Shown here piece after piece: positions 19,082 to 28,729 of a DNA stretch of 39,717 nt. The position numbers and the translations under genes were made by a program. Position 1 is the stretch's first letter; each line of letters starts with the position of its first letter. The notes beneath the pieces were generated by a model. The model searched no databases, was not told the origin of the DNA, and worked only from the letters and a program-made list of their open reading frames with translations. Origin of the DNA: Candidatus Wolfebacteria bacterium RIFCSPLOWO2_01_FULL_45_19 (lineage in GTDB: Bacteria > Patescibacteriota > Minisyncoccia > UBA6257 > GWB1-45-9); assembly GCA_001793855.1 (NCBI GenBank), contig MGIR01000002.1:9617-49333 (forward strand), written 5' to 3'.

Positions 19082-19687
19082 TTAGCAGTTAATATCATTT
19101 ACGGTGCAGTCATATATGGATGGTAAGATTTCAGGGGCAGTTAATGTAGAAGTCGCAAATCTTATCTGCCCGGGACTGCCCTGCATGTTACAGTTGATAT
19201 CATTTATGGTGCAGTCATATATAAGATTTGAATCTACAGCTTCCGTTCTCCCAAAATCAGACGGCGTTTGCTGTTGCTGGTCTTGAAAGTTTAGCGGTTT
19301 AAAAATCCCCTTTAATCTTTGTTCGTTCGCTGCTATTTGGACAAGTTCCGGATTTATTGTGTTCAAAACAAGATAAGCCGCGAAAAGAAGAATTAGTCCG
19401 AACATGGCCTGCGTGATTCTGTCTATCGCGTCTTGGCGCTTAGATGGCATCCCCGCGGAAAGTATGTATTCAATAGCTCCGAAAACGATGACTCCGAACG
19501 CGGTTATGCCGGCAATGGTAAGCGCGAAAAGATATATTCCGCCGATATATTGAGCGAGGCCCGGACTGGTTCCGCGCTGAAGCTCGGTTCCGGGAAGTTC
19601 AATTTGAAGCGTGTATCTCGCTAAAACCGGCGCGGTTAAAACTATAAACAGGAAAAACGCTACCGCAGTTATTTTTAGTATTTTCAT
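19082..19687 (-). CDS. CPR-type pilin (VirB2/TrbC-like) with Cys-repeat tail
   Basis: Signal peptide, two hydrophobic helices, GAIEYILSAG...AIDRITQAMFGL..LF.AYL.LNTINP.L. Confidence 0.75.
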   Translation of the reverse strand: MKILKITAVAFFLFIVLTAPVLARYTLQIELPGTELQRGTSPGLAQYIGGIYLFALTIAGITAFGVIVFGAIEYILSAGMPSKRQDAIDRITQAMFGLILLFAAYLVLNTINPELVQIAANEQRLKGIFKPLNFQDQQQQTPSDFGRTEAVDSNLIYDCTINDINCNMQGSPGQIRFATSTLTAPEILPSIYDCTVNDINC

Positions 19688-20370
19688 CTTGTTGTTAAAT
19701 TGATTGTTTCAAGCGCCATTTCAAGTTGGTTTACTCGATTTTGCGCAGTCGCTTGTATTGCAATATTGCCACCTGACGAAAATTCTGACGGCACGTCAAG
19801 TTCAATAATGTCCGGGTTTTCCGCGGTGTCGGCGGGCGCGGCCCCGTTTACCGTCCAATTAAAAACAAGGTCGCCGATTCGTTCTATGTTGAAAAAATAC
19901 GGAAGCGCCTGAAAGTAATTGAATCCTCTGTCTATAAGATTTAAAGAATATGGATGGTTTATAACGATTTCCGGTTTGGTTGTCGGTATTGTGAACCTGT
20001 GCTCATAAACAATTTCATCGCGGGCATTAAGGATGACCATTCTTATTGTCTGACCGGGCTGGCCGTCAAAAGTGGCAAATCTGAAGCCACGCAATCCTAT
20101 TCCTTCGGCGCGTTTCTGATTGTTTACGAAAAACTTTATGTTGTTTTTTGAAACGTCAATTATTTTGCCGTCATTTAAAATTTCAAAAGCCACGCCAACG
20201 GTTGTTCCGCGTGGCAAGGGCAATGATTTGCCGCTGAACCCAGGCGGAATGAAATTATACGCCTTCCAGCTCGTTAGAAACACCGGCTGCGTTTGAGCAA
20301 GTGAAGTTTGCGTGAGGAAGAATACAAGCGATGCCAAAAATGAAATTGTTACAATTTGCGCTATTCGCAT
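19684..20370 (-). CDS. Secreted beta-rich hypothetical protein
   Basis: Signal peptide ending SLA; overlapping co-oriented neighbours. Confidence 0.7.
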   Translation of the reverse strand: MRIAQIVTISFLASLVFFLTQTSLAQTQPVFLTSWKAYNFIPPGFSGKSLPLPRGTTVGVAFEILNDGKIIDVSKNNIKFFVNNQKRAEGIGLRGFRFATFDGQPGQTIRMVILNARDEIVYEHRFTIPTTKPEIVINHPYSLNLIDRGFNYFQALPYFFNIERIGDLVFNWTVNGAAPADTAENPDIIELDVPSEFSSGGNIAIQATAQNRVNQLEMALETINLTTR

Positions 20371-20374
20371 AGTT

Positions 20375-20740
20375 TTACGTTTTTTTGCCGAGAGTCGCCC
20401 TCGTTATAATCGCGGCAATTTTTGGATGATTCGCGATATATATTGTGATAAGGAGCGTAATTGTTTTGACGAAAGGCAAGTCCAATGCCATTAAATTTGC
20501 GAGCGTGTCCAGCAATCCTCCGGCGAGAAACCACGCCCCTCTTGTACCCTTCATTATAAGCCACAGCTGTATTCCGAGCCAAGCCAACAGAGATATGAAA
20601 AATCCCGCGACGGCAAGCGCTTGTCCGACAATCGGTATGGGGAGTGTAAGCAGTATTAAAAATTCGGCAAGATCGGCAAAGAACACAATAAAAAACATCA
20701 GTAATCCTTCCGGCAAAGAAATTTTTTTATCCTCATTCAT
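20375..20740 (-). CDS. Small integral membrane protein
   Basis: 3-4 hydrophobic segments; ATGA overlap with the VirB4-like gene. Confidence 0.75.
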   Translation of the reverse strand: MNEDKKISLPEGLLMFFIVFFADLAEFLILLTLPIPIVGQALAVAGFFISLLAWLGIQLWLIMKGTRGAWFLAGGLLDTLANLMALDLPFVKTITLLITIYIANHPKIAAIITRATLGKKT

Positions 20741-23145
20741 TGTTTTTCTCCGCCTTCGGCGGAAAGCTTTTCCATCTCAAGCAGCTGTTCCGGTTTTGTG
20801 GTTACTATCTGGTCTTCGAAAGGTGACGGAACTATATACGTATAAGCATGGCGTAGACCCGCGAAAAACAGCCCCTCGCCTATGCTGGCTTCAAGAAGCA
20901 GATTTTTTTCCGCCTCGGTCAGGTCGAAAGTTTTCGTCACCGCGTCAATTGTCGCCGGTGACTGTTTGAGCAAAAGCTGAAGCGAGGAGTTGGTTATAAT
21001 CGGCCGGCCATAAGGAGAGGATACAAAGTCCTCAACGTCCTGCGTTATTGTGGTTATGCCGAGATAATATTTTCTCGCGCGTTTTGCAAGTCCGAAAAGA
21101 AACGCCGCGCCGTCCGGATACTTCATCATCCACCATGCCTCGTCTATGAACACAAGCCGTTTTTTGAATTCGGCGCGGATAAGGTTCCAAATATAATTCA
21201 ATATTATGTACATTGCTATCGGCCTCAACTCTTCTTCCAGGTCGCGGATTGAAAACACTATTAGCCGGTTTTTGATGGCAATATTTGTCGGTTTGTTGGT
21301 GAACCCGGAGTAACTGCCTTTCGTGAAGCGGTACAGTCGCTCGGCGATTCCCCGTCCGCCATCCATATTTTCAAGAACGGTCCGAAGGTCTTCCATCAAT
21401 GGCGGAGTCGCTTCGGAAAAATCTTTGTCCGGAACTATATTCCGCGAAGCGTACGTTTCCTGTATGGCCCGGTCGAGAATACCCTCCTCTTCTGGCGTTA
21501 TGCCGCCTATCATTATTTTGATTAAGCCGGAGAGGTTGAGAAAATGTGATTTTAGGACGTCTCCCGGACTTTCGTCTTTTGGAATAATGGGAACCTCAAG
21601 AGGATTGATGTGATTTTCAGAGTCAAGGGATATTTTGAAAAAACTTCCGCCGACTGAATCCGCGAGATTTTTGTATTCATTTTCCGGGTCTATCACCATT
21701 ACGTCCGTGCCCAGCATCATTGAACGTAAAATCTCAAGCTTTGCGGCGTACGATTTGCCGGAACCGGATTTCGCGAAAATCACCATATTCGCGTTTTCAA
21801 GCGAGAATCGGTCAAAGATTATCAGTGCGTTGTTGTGGCGGTTTATACCGTAAAGTATTCCGTCATCGGACGTAAGATCTGACGATATGAACGGAAAAAG
21901 AGACGATGCAGGGCCGGAATTCATCGGCGTTGTTATGTCTATGTAATCAACTCCGAGCGGAAGAGTGGAATTAAATCCCTCCAATTGCTGGAAAGTCGTC
22001 GGTTTTGTGTAAACGAGACGCCCCTCTAACACGGAAGCTATTTCCGTTTCAATTTTTTTTAATTCCTCCGGGCTTTCTCCGAATATCGTTATGCATACCC
22101 CGACTTGAAAAAGCCGCTCGACAGATTGCTGAAGCGCGTCTCTCAGGGACTCTACGTCTTGTAACGCGGTTTCGAGCATCGGATCGCGCACTTTCCCCTT
22201 TTCTTGCTGCGACATTATTTGAGCTTCAATCTGCGTGGCTTTTTTCCTAAGATTTCTCAAAGCTATCGCCGTTTCAACTGGATACGTGAATATGGATATA
22301 TCCATAGCATTCGGCATATTTATAATCTGCGAGAACCAGCCGGAAGCGAGAAATCGAGGATAGTTCAAGACGAAAAGCGTTTTCGCCACCCTACTGCCGA
22401 TTTTTATGTAGTCCGAACCGACTTCGAGCGCGGCCGGCGCGAGAATATTTGTCATATCACTTCCCGTTTCGACGGCCTCGGGAGTTTTGGCTATCGCGAG
22501 TTCTTGCCCTTCTTTAATTTCCGGATTGTAAAGATTGTAAAAAAGCTCTATCAGTTCTCCATTGTTGAGCGGAATCGCCCGCAAACCGATGCCGGTCAGG
22601 CCCTGAATGGCGCGGTCAACACGCTGGTTTAATTGAGACATTTGGCGTTCAATATCTTCAAACGCCGTTTTTTCGATCTTGGGCTTCTTGCCGCGTTGAA
22701 ATATTTTTAATATTTGCGGCAATTGGGATTTCTCAAATCTTGGAATTTGTATCGGGTCATACGGCACCACCACGAAGAATTTTTTGTTCATAACAGAATT
22801 TTCTTCAACGAAAGAGCGTATGAATTCACGGTATTCGGATATTTGATTGCTCAAAAGTTCGTTTTGTTCTTCAGTTTCCCGGTTTTTCAGTTTTTCAAGG
22901 TAGGCCTCTATATTCAACTTGCGCGTGTGTATTACCGTTTGAAGAGAAAAATCAAGAGAATTTAGAAAATTTTGATACGCGCCGAGAATGAAGCCCCGCT
23001 CCTCTTCTGATTTCAAATCAAAATTTACTCCGGTAACGAGAAGCACGCGGCGCAACCCGCCATCCTTAAGAATGACGACGTCGTCCTTTATGTCTTTGAT
23101 TTCCACCAACTCTTGTGTCGGCGGAGACTCTTTTCGTTTAACCAT
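20737..23145 (-). CDS. virB4: VirB4/TraE-like T4SS ATPase with fused N-terminal domain
   Basis: AKSGSGKS, IDPENEY, INPL, VFIDEAW, KRARKY, ITQDVEDF; follows a PrgI-like gene. Confidence 0.9.
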   Translation of the reverse strand: MVKRKESPPTQELVEIKDIKDDVVILKDGGLRRVLLVTGVNFDLKSEEERGFILGAYQNFLNSLDFSLQTVIHTRKLNIEAYLEKLKNRETEEQNELLSNQISEYREFIRSFVEENSVMNKKFFVVVPYDPIQIPRFEKSQLPQILKIFQRGKKPKIEKTAFEDIERQMSQLNQRVDRAIQGLTGIGLRAIPLNNGELIELFYNLYNPEIKEGQELAIAKTPEAVETGSDMTNILAPAALEVGSDYIKIGSRVAKTLFVLNYPRFLASGWFSQIINMPNAMDISIFTYPVETAIALRNLRKKATQIEAQIMSQQEKGKVRDPMLETALQDVESLRDALQQSVERLFQVGVCITIFGESPEELKKIETEIASVLEGRLVYTKPTTFQQLEGFNSTLPLGVDYIDITTPMNSGPASSLFPFISSDLTSDDGILYGINRHNNALIIFDRFSLENANMVIFAKSGSGKSYAAKLEILRSMMLGTDVMVIDPENEYKNLADSVGGSFFKISLDSENHINPLEVPIIPKDESPGDVLKSHFLNLSGLIKIMIGGITPEEEGILDRAIQETYASRNIVPDKDFSEATPPLMEDLRTVLENMDGGRGIAERLYRFTKGSYSGFTNKPTNIAIKNRLIVFSIRDLEEELRPIAMYIILNYIWNLIRAEFKKRLVFIDEAWWMMKYPDGAAFLFGLAKRARKYYLGITTITQDVEDFVSSPYGRPIITNSSLQLLLKQSPATIDAVTKTFDLTEAEKNLLLEASIGEGLFFAGLRHAYTYIVPSPFEDQIVTTKPEQLLEMEKLSAEGGEKQ

Positions 23146-23186
23146 AGTTTAATTATAAATCTTAAATCATAAATCTTAAACCTGCG

Positions 23187-23705
23187 TTAGCGGTAGTCGA
23201 TTCTTTTCATGGCTATTTTTTCTCCGGTCGATTTTCTCATAACTACGTATTTTTCCGGCTTTCTTTTTTCGCGCTTTAGTTTTTTTCGACTGGTAAGCAT
23301 TTGCCCCCACAAATTTTTAATTTTTCCGAATTCAAGCGATGGAATCATTTTTTTGGCACCCCCTCTTTTTTCGGCGAATTCCTCGATTTCTTCCCCCCCC
23401 TCTTCAACTTGATATTTATCTTCAATTCTTTTTCTTTGCCACAGATAAAGGCGCGGCCTCCAGTAATACTTGAAAGCGTTGAAGAGCATTTTTTCAACCG
23501 GCCGGCCTTCTATTTTTATGAACGCGAAAAGTGACGCTATGAATCCGAAAAGAGCGGCGAAAATTAGCCATAGCCACAGTTCAATCAAAAAAAATAGCAA
23601 AAACGCGGTTCCGGCCGCGGCTGCAAAATAAAGAAATTGCCTAAGCGTCAGTGGCCCGACAATTTTGTCTTCAGTTTCTATAAATTGTGGAACTTGAAAT
23701 TGCAT
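23187..23705 (-). CDS. prgI: PrgI family membrane protein (VirB3-like)
   Basis: MQFQVPQFIETEDKIVGPLTLRQF, 2 TM, GRP. Confidence 0.88.
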   Translation of the reverse strand: MQFQVPQFIETEDKIVGPLTLRQFLYFAAAAGTAFLLFFLIELWLWLIFAALFGFIASLFAFIKIEGRPVEKMLFNAFKYYWRPRLYLWQRKRIEDKYQVEEGGEEIEEFAEKRGGAKKMIPSLEFGKIKNLWGQMLTSRKKLKREKRKPEKYVVMRKSTGEKIAMKRIDYR

Positions 23706-23709
23706 TGTT

Positions 23710-24657
23710 TTAGCGGAGATCCACGGTATTTCCTCTTACGTTTGGTCCTTGTTCTGCCGCAGGTTTGGGCTTTCGAACTTCTCTGAACGAACTTAAGTCA
23801 ATCACTTCTTCGACCGATTGTTTGACGGGTTTCTCAATTTCCGGTTTCTTAGTTTCTATCTTTGTCGGTACCGCTTGAGGAAACAGCGACGTTTTGGGCC
23901 CCACGTAGTGAACCATGCGTTCTTTCGGCGGAGCGGTTTTACCGATCGCAATTTCTTTTTTTCTATCATCTTCTTCTTTAAGTTCTACGCGGAATGGAAC
24001 CGCCTCTTTTTTCTTCGGCGCGGAAATAGGAATGGAAATTCTTGGTTTTACGCTTTCCGCAATCGGCTTTAATTCCTCTTCCGTTCTCAGAATAAACGGG
24101 GTTGTGAGCGGGGGTTCGCTTGGCTTTTCTATTTCCAGTTTCTTGGTTTCGGGCAGCTTGCTTTCCGAAAGGTTTATTACAAACGGAGCTGTAGCCGGCT
24201 CTTGTGGTTTAATTTCAAGCTTTTCGATTCTAGGTTCTTCTATTTCCTGTTCTTTCGTTCGCGCTTCAGATTTTGCCTGCCCGCCGACCGGCGTGGTTCC
24301 CGGCTTGTATCTCAATTCAACAATATTCGCTTCGGGTTTTATTAAATCAATATCAACACCCCAGTCATAGAGGTCCTTTTGAATTGGTTTTAGAATTTTA
24401 TCTTTTATTTCTCCCGCAATATCTTTTGAGGACTCGGCGCTTGTCCCTAAAAAATCAGCAAGTTCGTTTATGAAGTTTCGCGGAGAGAGATCTTTTGTTT
24501 CAAGCCGCATGATAAGAAAAGGAATTATACGCTCATCTTCGCCGCTTAACTCCAATTTTTCGTTAAGCTTTTCCACCGCATCAAGAGCGTTGTCGGAGCT
24601 AAACCAGCGTTTGATTTGTCGCGGGACTTCTTTTATCGCCTCCTCGAATTTAATCAT
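23710..24657 (-). CDS. Hypothetical protein: helical N-terminus and long Pro/Lys/Glu-rich tail
   Basis: Long ORF overlapping the upstream stop. Confidence 0.75.
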   Translation of the reverse strand: MIKFEEAIKEVPRQIKRWFSSDNALDAVEKLNEKLELSGEDERIIPFLIMRLETKDLSPRNFINELADFLGTSAESSKDIAGEIKDKILKPIQKDLYDWGVDIDLIKPEANIVELRYKPGTTPVGGQAKSEARTKEQEIEEPRIEKLEIKPQEPATAPFVINLSESKLPETKKLEIEKPSEPPLTTPFILRTEEELKPIAESVKPRISIPISAPKKKEAVPFRVELKEEDDRKKEIAIGKTAPPKERMVHYVGPKTSLFPQAVPTKIETKKPEIEKPVKQSVEEVIDLSSFREVRKPKPAAEQGPNVRGNTVDLR

Positions 24658-26579
24658 TTTTTGCGTTTTTTAGGTTTGGGCTTTTCTTCTTCTGGGAAAT
24701 ATGCATTGGCATTTATATCTTTTCTCGCGGTTTTAAGTAGCCGTTCAAGCGCCTGGGTCTGGACCGCGTCAAGTTTACCCCTGTTTTTATCGGTTTCATT
24801 TAGCGCGCTAACAACCGCTTGCTGTTGTTCGGCTCTGCCCTCTCTAAAAACGCGCGACAGATGTGCTCCGGAGAAATTCAATATAACTTCTTGTCTCTTT
24901 AATACTTCCGGACCCATTGAGTCCACTGCGTTTGGCGCTGATTTACGCATCGCTTCGGCTATTGTTTTTCCGAATTCTTGCGCCATATCAGGCCTATATT
25001 GAAGGAATTGCTTGTCCGCGCCGGTTGAGCGAATGGTGTTAATATATTGCGGTCTGAGTTTTTCTGGTATCTTTTCAAAGCTGCCAATCCTGGCCGCGTG
25101 TATGGCTTCGGCGGCCGCCTCTTCGCGGTTAATTGGAATAAAGTTGCGAGATGATAGCTTTGATTCAAAGAATGGCTTGCTTTGTTTGCCGAGGTCTTCG
25201 GATCTTTTTTGCACTCTCTCTTGTATTGCTTGAGACGCGATATCAAGCCGCTGTCCTATGCCGCGCAGTACCGGGAATTTTGCAAGCCCCCTGGCGAATT
25301 TTTGCGCGTAAGTCGCTTCTTCTCCTTTCTTTTTTACCGTAAGCGCTCTTGTTGTCGCCCAGCCCGCGGCGCCCCTAGCGCGGTTTATCGCCGCTGTTTG
25401 CAGTTTATTTGAAAACCACCCACCTGTTGTTACGGCTACTCCGGAAAAAGTTCCGGAAATTTTATGAGACAGAACAAGCCCGGCGTAAATAAAACCAAGA
25501 ATTACGAGCATCTGCGCCGCGTTTACGAAAAAGTTATCAACAAGCACGCCCGTCGTCTCCATCACGTTGCCGAGCCTCGCATTCGCTTCTGCTGTTGTCT
25601 GGGCGAGATTTCCTATGTATTTGGCGCGACCTTCGCTCGTGGCTATGGATAGCGCTAAGTAAAGGAAGAAAAGAGCGGATGGCGCGAAAAATACCCACCT
25701 GAAAAATTCTTCCCACCACCTGCTCCAAAGATGCTGGAACATCGGAAGTATCCAGAAAAGAAAAGCGAGCGGAACCAATACCAATAAAAAGCTCAAAATT
25801 ATAAATCTCGCGAAGAACATAACAACCATTACCAAAAGAGCAATGGCCATCAAAAAGGTAAATAGCGTCGCGAAAAATATGCTGGACAAAAGTTTCGCCG
25901 CGCCGCTAAACGTCAAGACGGTTTCAAGCGTTCTGCCAATGATGGCAGCGGATGTTTCCGCTTGAAGAAGTTTCTGCGGTTGAAACGCCGCGACCAGTTT
26001 GTTTTGCAGGCCAATTACGCCTTCTTCCGCTATGCGGCTCAAAAAGAAATCTGAAAGCACGCCGGCAAAGTCAATGAATATCCCGGCTATGGTCAAGCTG
26101 AAATTCACAAGCAGTGCCGCCACAATCAACTTCCACAAAAGTTGTTTCATCCCGTAGCTTTCGAAACGGATGATTGTCGCGAAAGCTATTATGATTATGC
26201 CGAGCACAAATCCTAAATTGGCAAGCTCTTTGGTGATTCCCCAACCGTCGTGAACAACGCTGTTCCCTCCATCAAGAATCGCGCTGTTCAATTGTAGAGC
26301 GTAACCGACAAGAAACGCCGCGAATTGAAGAAGGGCTGAGCCAATTAAGCCGACCGCGTAAACTATGGCCGAAAGCGCTATGGTGAGAGGAGAGAGAGAG
26401 ATCCCGACCGTCCAATCAACGAGACTTTTGAGCCAGTTAGATTCTTTTGAATCTTGCGCGGTCGTTGTTGCGCTTGTTTGTGCGTTAACCAAATCCGGCG
26501 CGATTAAAACCAAACACGTGAAAATCACAATGGCGAAAACCGCTGTTATTTTTAGATATTTTTTAATTCGCCGCATCAT
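24654..26579 (-). CDS. VirB6/TrbL-like polytopic membrane protein
   Basis: Signal peptide, ~7-8 TM; GW...ELAN.GF, LIVAALLVNFS, L.PLAF...ILP...W..W; in the VirB4 cluster. Confidence 0.72.
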   Translation of the reverse strand: MMRRIKKYLKITAVFAIVIFTCLVLIAPDLVNAQTSATTTAQDSKESNWLKSLVDWTVGISLSPLTIALSAIVYAVGLIGSALLQFAAFLVGYALQLNSAILDGGNSVVHDGWGITKELANLGFVLGIIIIAFATIIRFESYGMKQLLWKLIVAALLVNFSLTIAGIFIDFAGVLSDFFLSRIAEEGVIGLQNKLVAAFQPQKLLQAETSAAIIGRTLETVLTFSGAAKLLSSIFFATLFTFLMAIALLVMVVMFFARFIILSFLLVLVPLAFLFWILPMFQHLWSRWWEEFFRWVFFAPSALFFLYLALSIATSEGRAKYIGNLAQTTAEANARLGNVMETTGVLVDNFFVNAAQMLVILGFIYAGLVLSHKISGTFSGVAVTTGGWFSNKLQTAAINRARGAAGWATTRALTVKKKGEEATYAQKFARGLAKFPVLRGIGQRLDIASQAIQERVQKRSEDLGKQSKPFFESKLSSRNFIPINREEAAAEAIHAARIGSFEKIPEKLRPQYINTIRSTGADKQFLQYRPDMAQEFGKTIAEAMRKSAPNAVDSMGPEVLKRQEVILNFSGAHLSRVFREGRAEQQQAVVSALNETDKNRGKLDAVQTQALERLLKTARKDINANAYFPEEEKPKPKKRKK

Positions 26580-28697
26580 TTAATAACCTGAAAAATCTTG
26601 TTCAACGACATTGTCAACTGTAATCGTTATCGAGTCGGATTGTTTTGAATTACCGTCCAAGCCGAACGCTCTCGCTATTATTATGTATTGTCCGTCAGAT
26701 AGGCTTTCCGTATCAATGTTTATAGAATAAGGAGCCGTGAAGTCGGTTGCTACAAGAATGTTATTGACGTAAAACTCCACTCTTTCAATGCCTTTGGCAT
26801 ATCCGGCAGCGGCCGAAATAGTGCTTGTTCCCGAAATGATTGAATTATCAGCCGGCGCAGTCATCACGACTGTTAAAAAGCCGATCACGCATTCATTAAA
26901 TTTGTTGCCCTCAAGCGTTTCGCATGCTTTGGCATCAACTTGGGTTTGGACGTTTTGCGTTGATTCAGTAACATCAAGACATGCGGAAAGAGCTACTCCC
27001 GCAAGGCCCGCGCAACTTCCGCTAAGACCTTGGGGAATATATCCTCCAGTCGGAGCGCTGGGGGTACTGACATTTGAAAGACCGGCAACGCCTTCTCTTA
27101 TTAAGCGGTTTATAAATGCATCTCCTATTGCGGCTATGTATGCGGAAAGGTCTCTTGCGTTAACGAGCCAAGCAATGCCCGCTCCTATTGTCTGAGCCGT
27201 CGCGTCTCCAACTGCTCTGCCTGGGGTGACTGTTTCATATTGCGAACAATTAATATTGCCCGTGACATCTTCGTCGTACGCAACGCATCTTTTAACGGAG
27301 AGAAATCCTTGGTTGGCTATGCCCTCCGAGCGTTTGGCGTCGCGTTCTTCAGTGTTTCTTCGCATTAATTCGTCATATCCTATAAGCGTCAAACCAAACG
27401 CATTGCCCTGCGGTTGCCAGAGCTCTTGATACGCGACCCATCCGCCGTTAAGGAAGTTGCCGTAAAATGAATTTATATTTCCGACAACCTGGTCCAATCT
27501 GCAGGTAATTTGCTGAGAAAACGTTGGCGGCCTGTCGAGCAAAAGTCGAACTTGAAGATTAAACGGCGAACATACAAAACCGAGTCCTAATTGTTTTGTA
27601 ACTTCGTCAAAAGCTATATTGAAGGCGTCGCCCATAAAGCCGCCCCAGTCTGTTATGAACTTCGGTTCGCCTCCGCCCTGTACCCAGCGCACTATTTGGT
27701 CAACTATCATATCCAAGAGTCGTTTTTTTAGAGCTTCTACCGATATAGTCCAGCCCTTGTCCGCGGCCCAGCGCAAAGCGTCTTTTGCCCATGAAGCGAT
27801 TGTTGTAGCTATGAAACCAGGAGTGTTTACTTCGAAAACTGGAACTGGGGAAGCAGCATAAGCTCGTTTTATTAGATGAAGTTGTACTATAAGCGATTTT
27901 TTGTCATCAGAATAATCATTAAATGAGATTGTATTCAATTTTTCGATTTCTTGTTCAAGTTTTTTGAAATTTTCATCAAGTAATTTTGAATAAAAATCAA
28001 CGTTCCGCGAGATTAAAATGGCTTGTACCGGGTCTTGTTCGTAATTCGCCATAGCTCCGAGAAGATTTTTTTGAAAAATGACGAAACGCAGCTGCTCTCT
28101 GTGTAGATTTATTAAAACATTCGGAACCTCCGTAGTTTGTAGAATTCCGATTATCGCTTCACTCGCCTTTTCTATTTTTTTTGCATCATCAATGGCGAAA
28201 TCTCGGTTTATATTTGTTTTTTGAATTACGTTTTCTATTTTTTGCAGCGATTCAGCGTATGTTTCAAAAACCGCAGAATTTTTTTCATAGGTAATTTTGA
28301 TGTCGCTATCGTTTATTATTGGGACAAAATCTTCGGGATTGAATTTCCTGATTTCTTTTTCTAAATAATTTTGTACTATATCTTCCGGATGCGGAACGTT
28401 CAGCCATTGTTGGTTTTCAATAAGCTCTGGACCCAGAGGATTTTTATTTATCCATTCGCTTGTTACCGTCTCAGCGAACGATTGCGTAAGATTTGTTCTT
28501 TTCACGGCAAGCTGTGCGGCTTGCCCGCCGATTGGCGTAGTTTGTCGCGACGGAAGAGCTTCGTAAAAGACACCCTCGTTTCCCCGAATTGAGGTTACGT
28601 TATCGGAAAATGGCCGCGGCTCTCCTGCGCGAAAAATAAGACCGGACGAAGTCGCGGCAACGGCTAATATTATAAACGCAACAATTCGCCGCTTCAT
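26580..28697 (-). CDS. Large exported protein with Cys-rich segment and C-terminal Ig-like (Big) domain
   Basis: N-terminal TM; VEFYVN..L..D.TAPYS...DG.Y.I.ARA Ig-like pattern. Confidence 0.78.
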   Translation of the reverse strand: MKRRIVAFIILAVAATSSGLIFRAGEPRPFSDNVTSIRGNEGVFYEALPSRQTTPIGGQAAQLAVKRTNLTQSFAETVTSEWINKNPLGPELIENQQWLNVPHPEDIVQNYLEKEIRKFNPEDFVPIINDSDIKITYEKNSAVFETYAESLQKIENVIQKTNINRDFAIDDAKKIEKASEAIIGILQTTEVPNVLINLHREQLRFVIFQKNLLGAMANYEQDPVQAILISRNVDFYSKLLDENFKKLEQEIEKLNTISFNDYSDDKKSLIVQLHLIKRAYAASPVPVFEVNTPGFIATTIASWAKDALRWAADKGWTISVEALKKRLLDMIVDQIVRWVQGGGEPKFITDWGGFMGDAFNIAFDEVTKQLGLGFVCSPFNLQVRLLLDRPPTFSQQITCRLDQVVGNINSFYGNFLNGGWVAYQELWQPQGNAFGLTLIGYDELMRRNTEERDAKRSEGIANQGFLSVKRCVAYDEDVTGNINCSQYETVTPGRAVGDATAQTIGAGIAWLVNARDLSAYIAAIGDAFINRLIREGVAGLSNVSTPSAPTGGYIPQGLSGSCAGLAGVALSACLDVTESTQNVQTQVDAKACETLEGNKFNECVIGFLTVVMTAPADNSIISGTSTISAAAGYAKGIERVEFYVNNILVATDFTAPYSINIDTESLSDGQYIIIARAFGLDGNSKQSDSITITVDNVVEQDFSGY

Positions 28698-28729
28698 GGC
28701 TAGTCTCGTTTATTATAGCCCCTTTGTTG

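Noticed and set aside
19085-19222. DGR template/variable repeat pair
   Set aside because: Only 33 nt, the differences are not adenine-specific, and there is no reverse transcriptase in the window.
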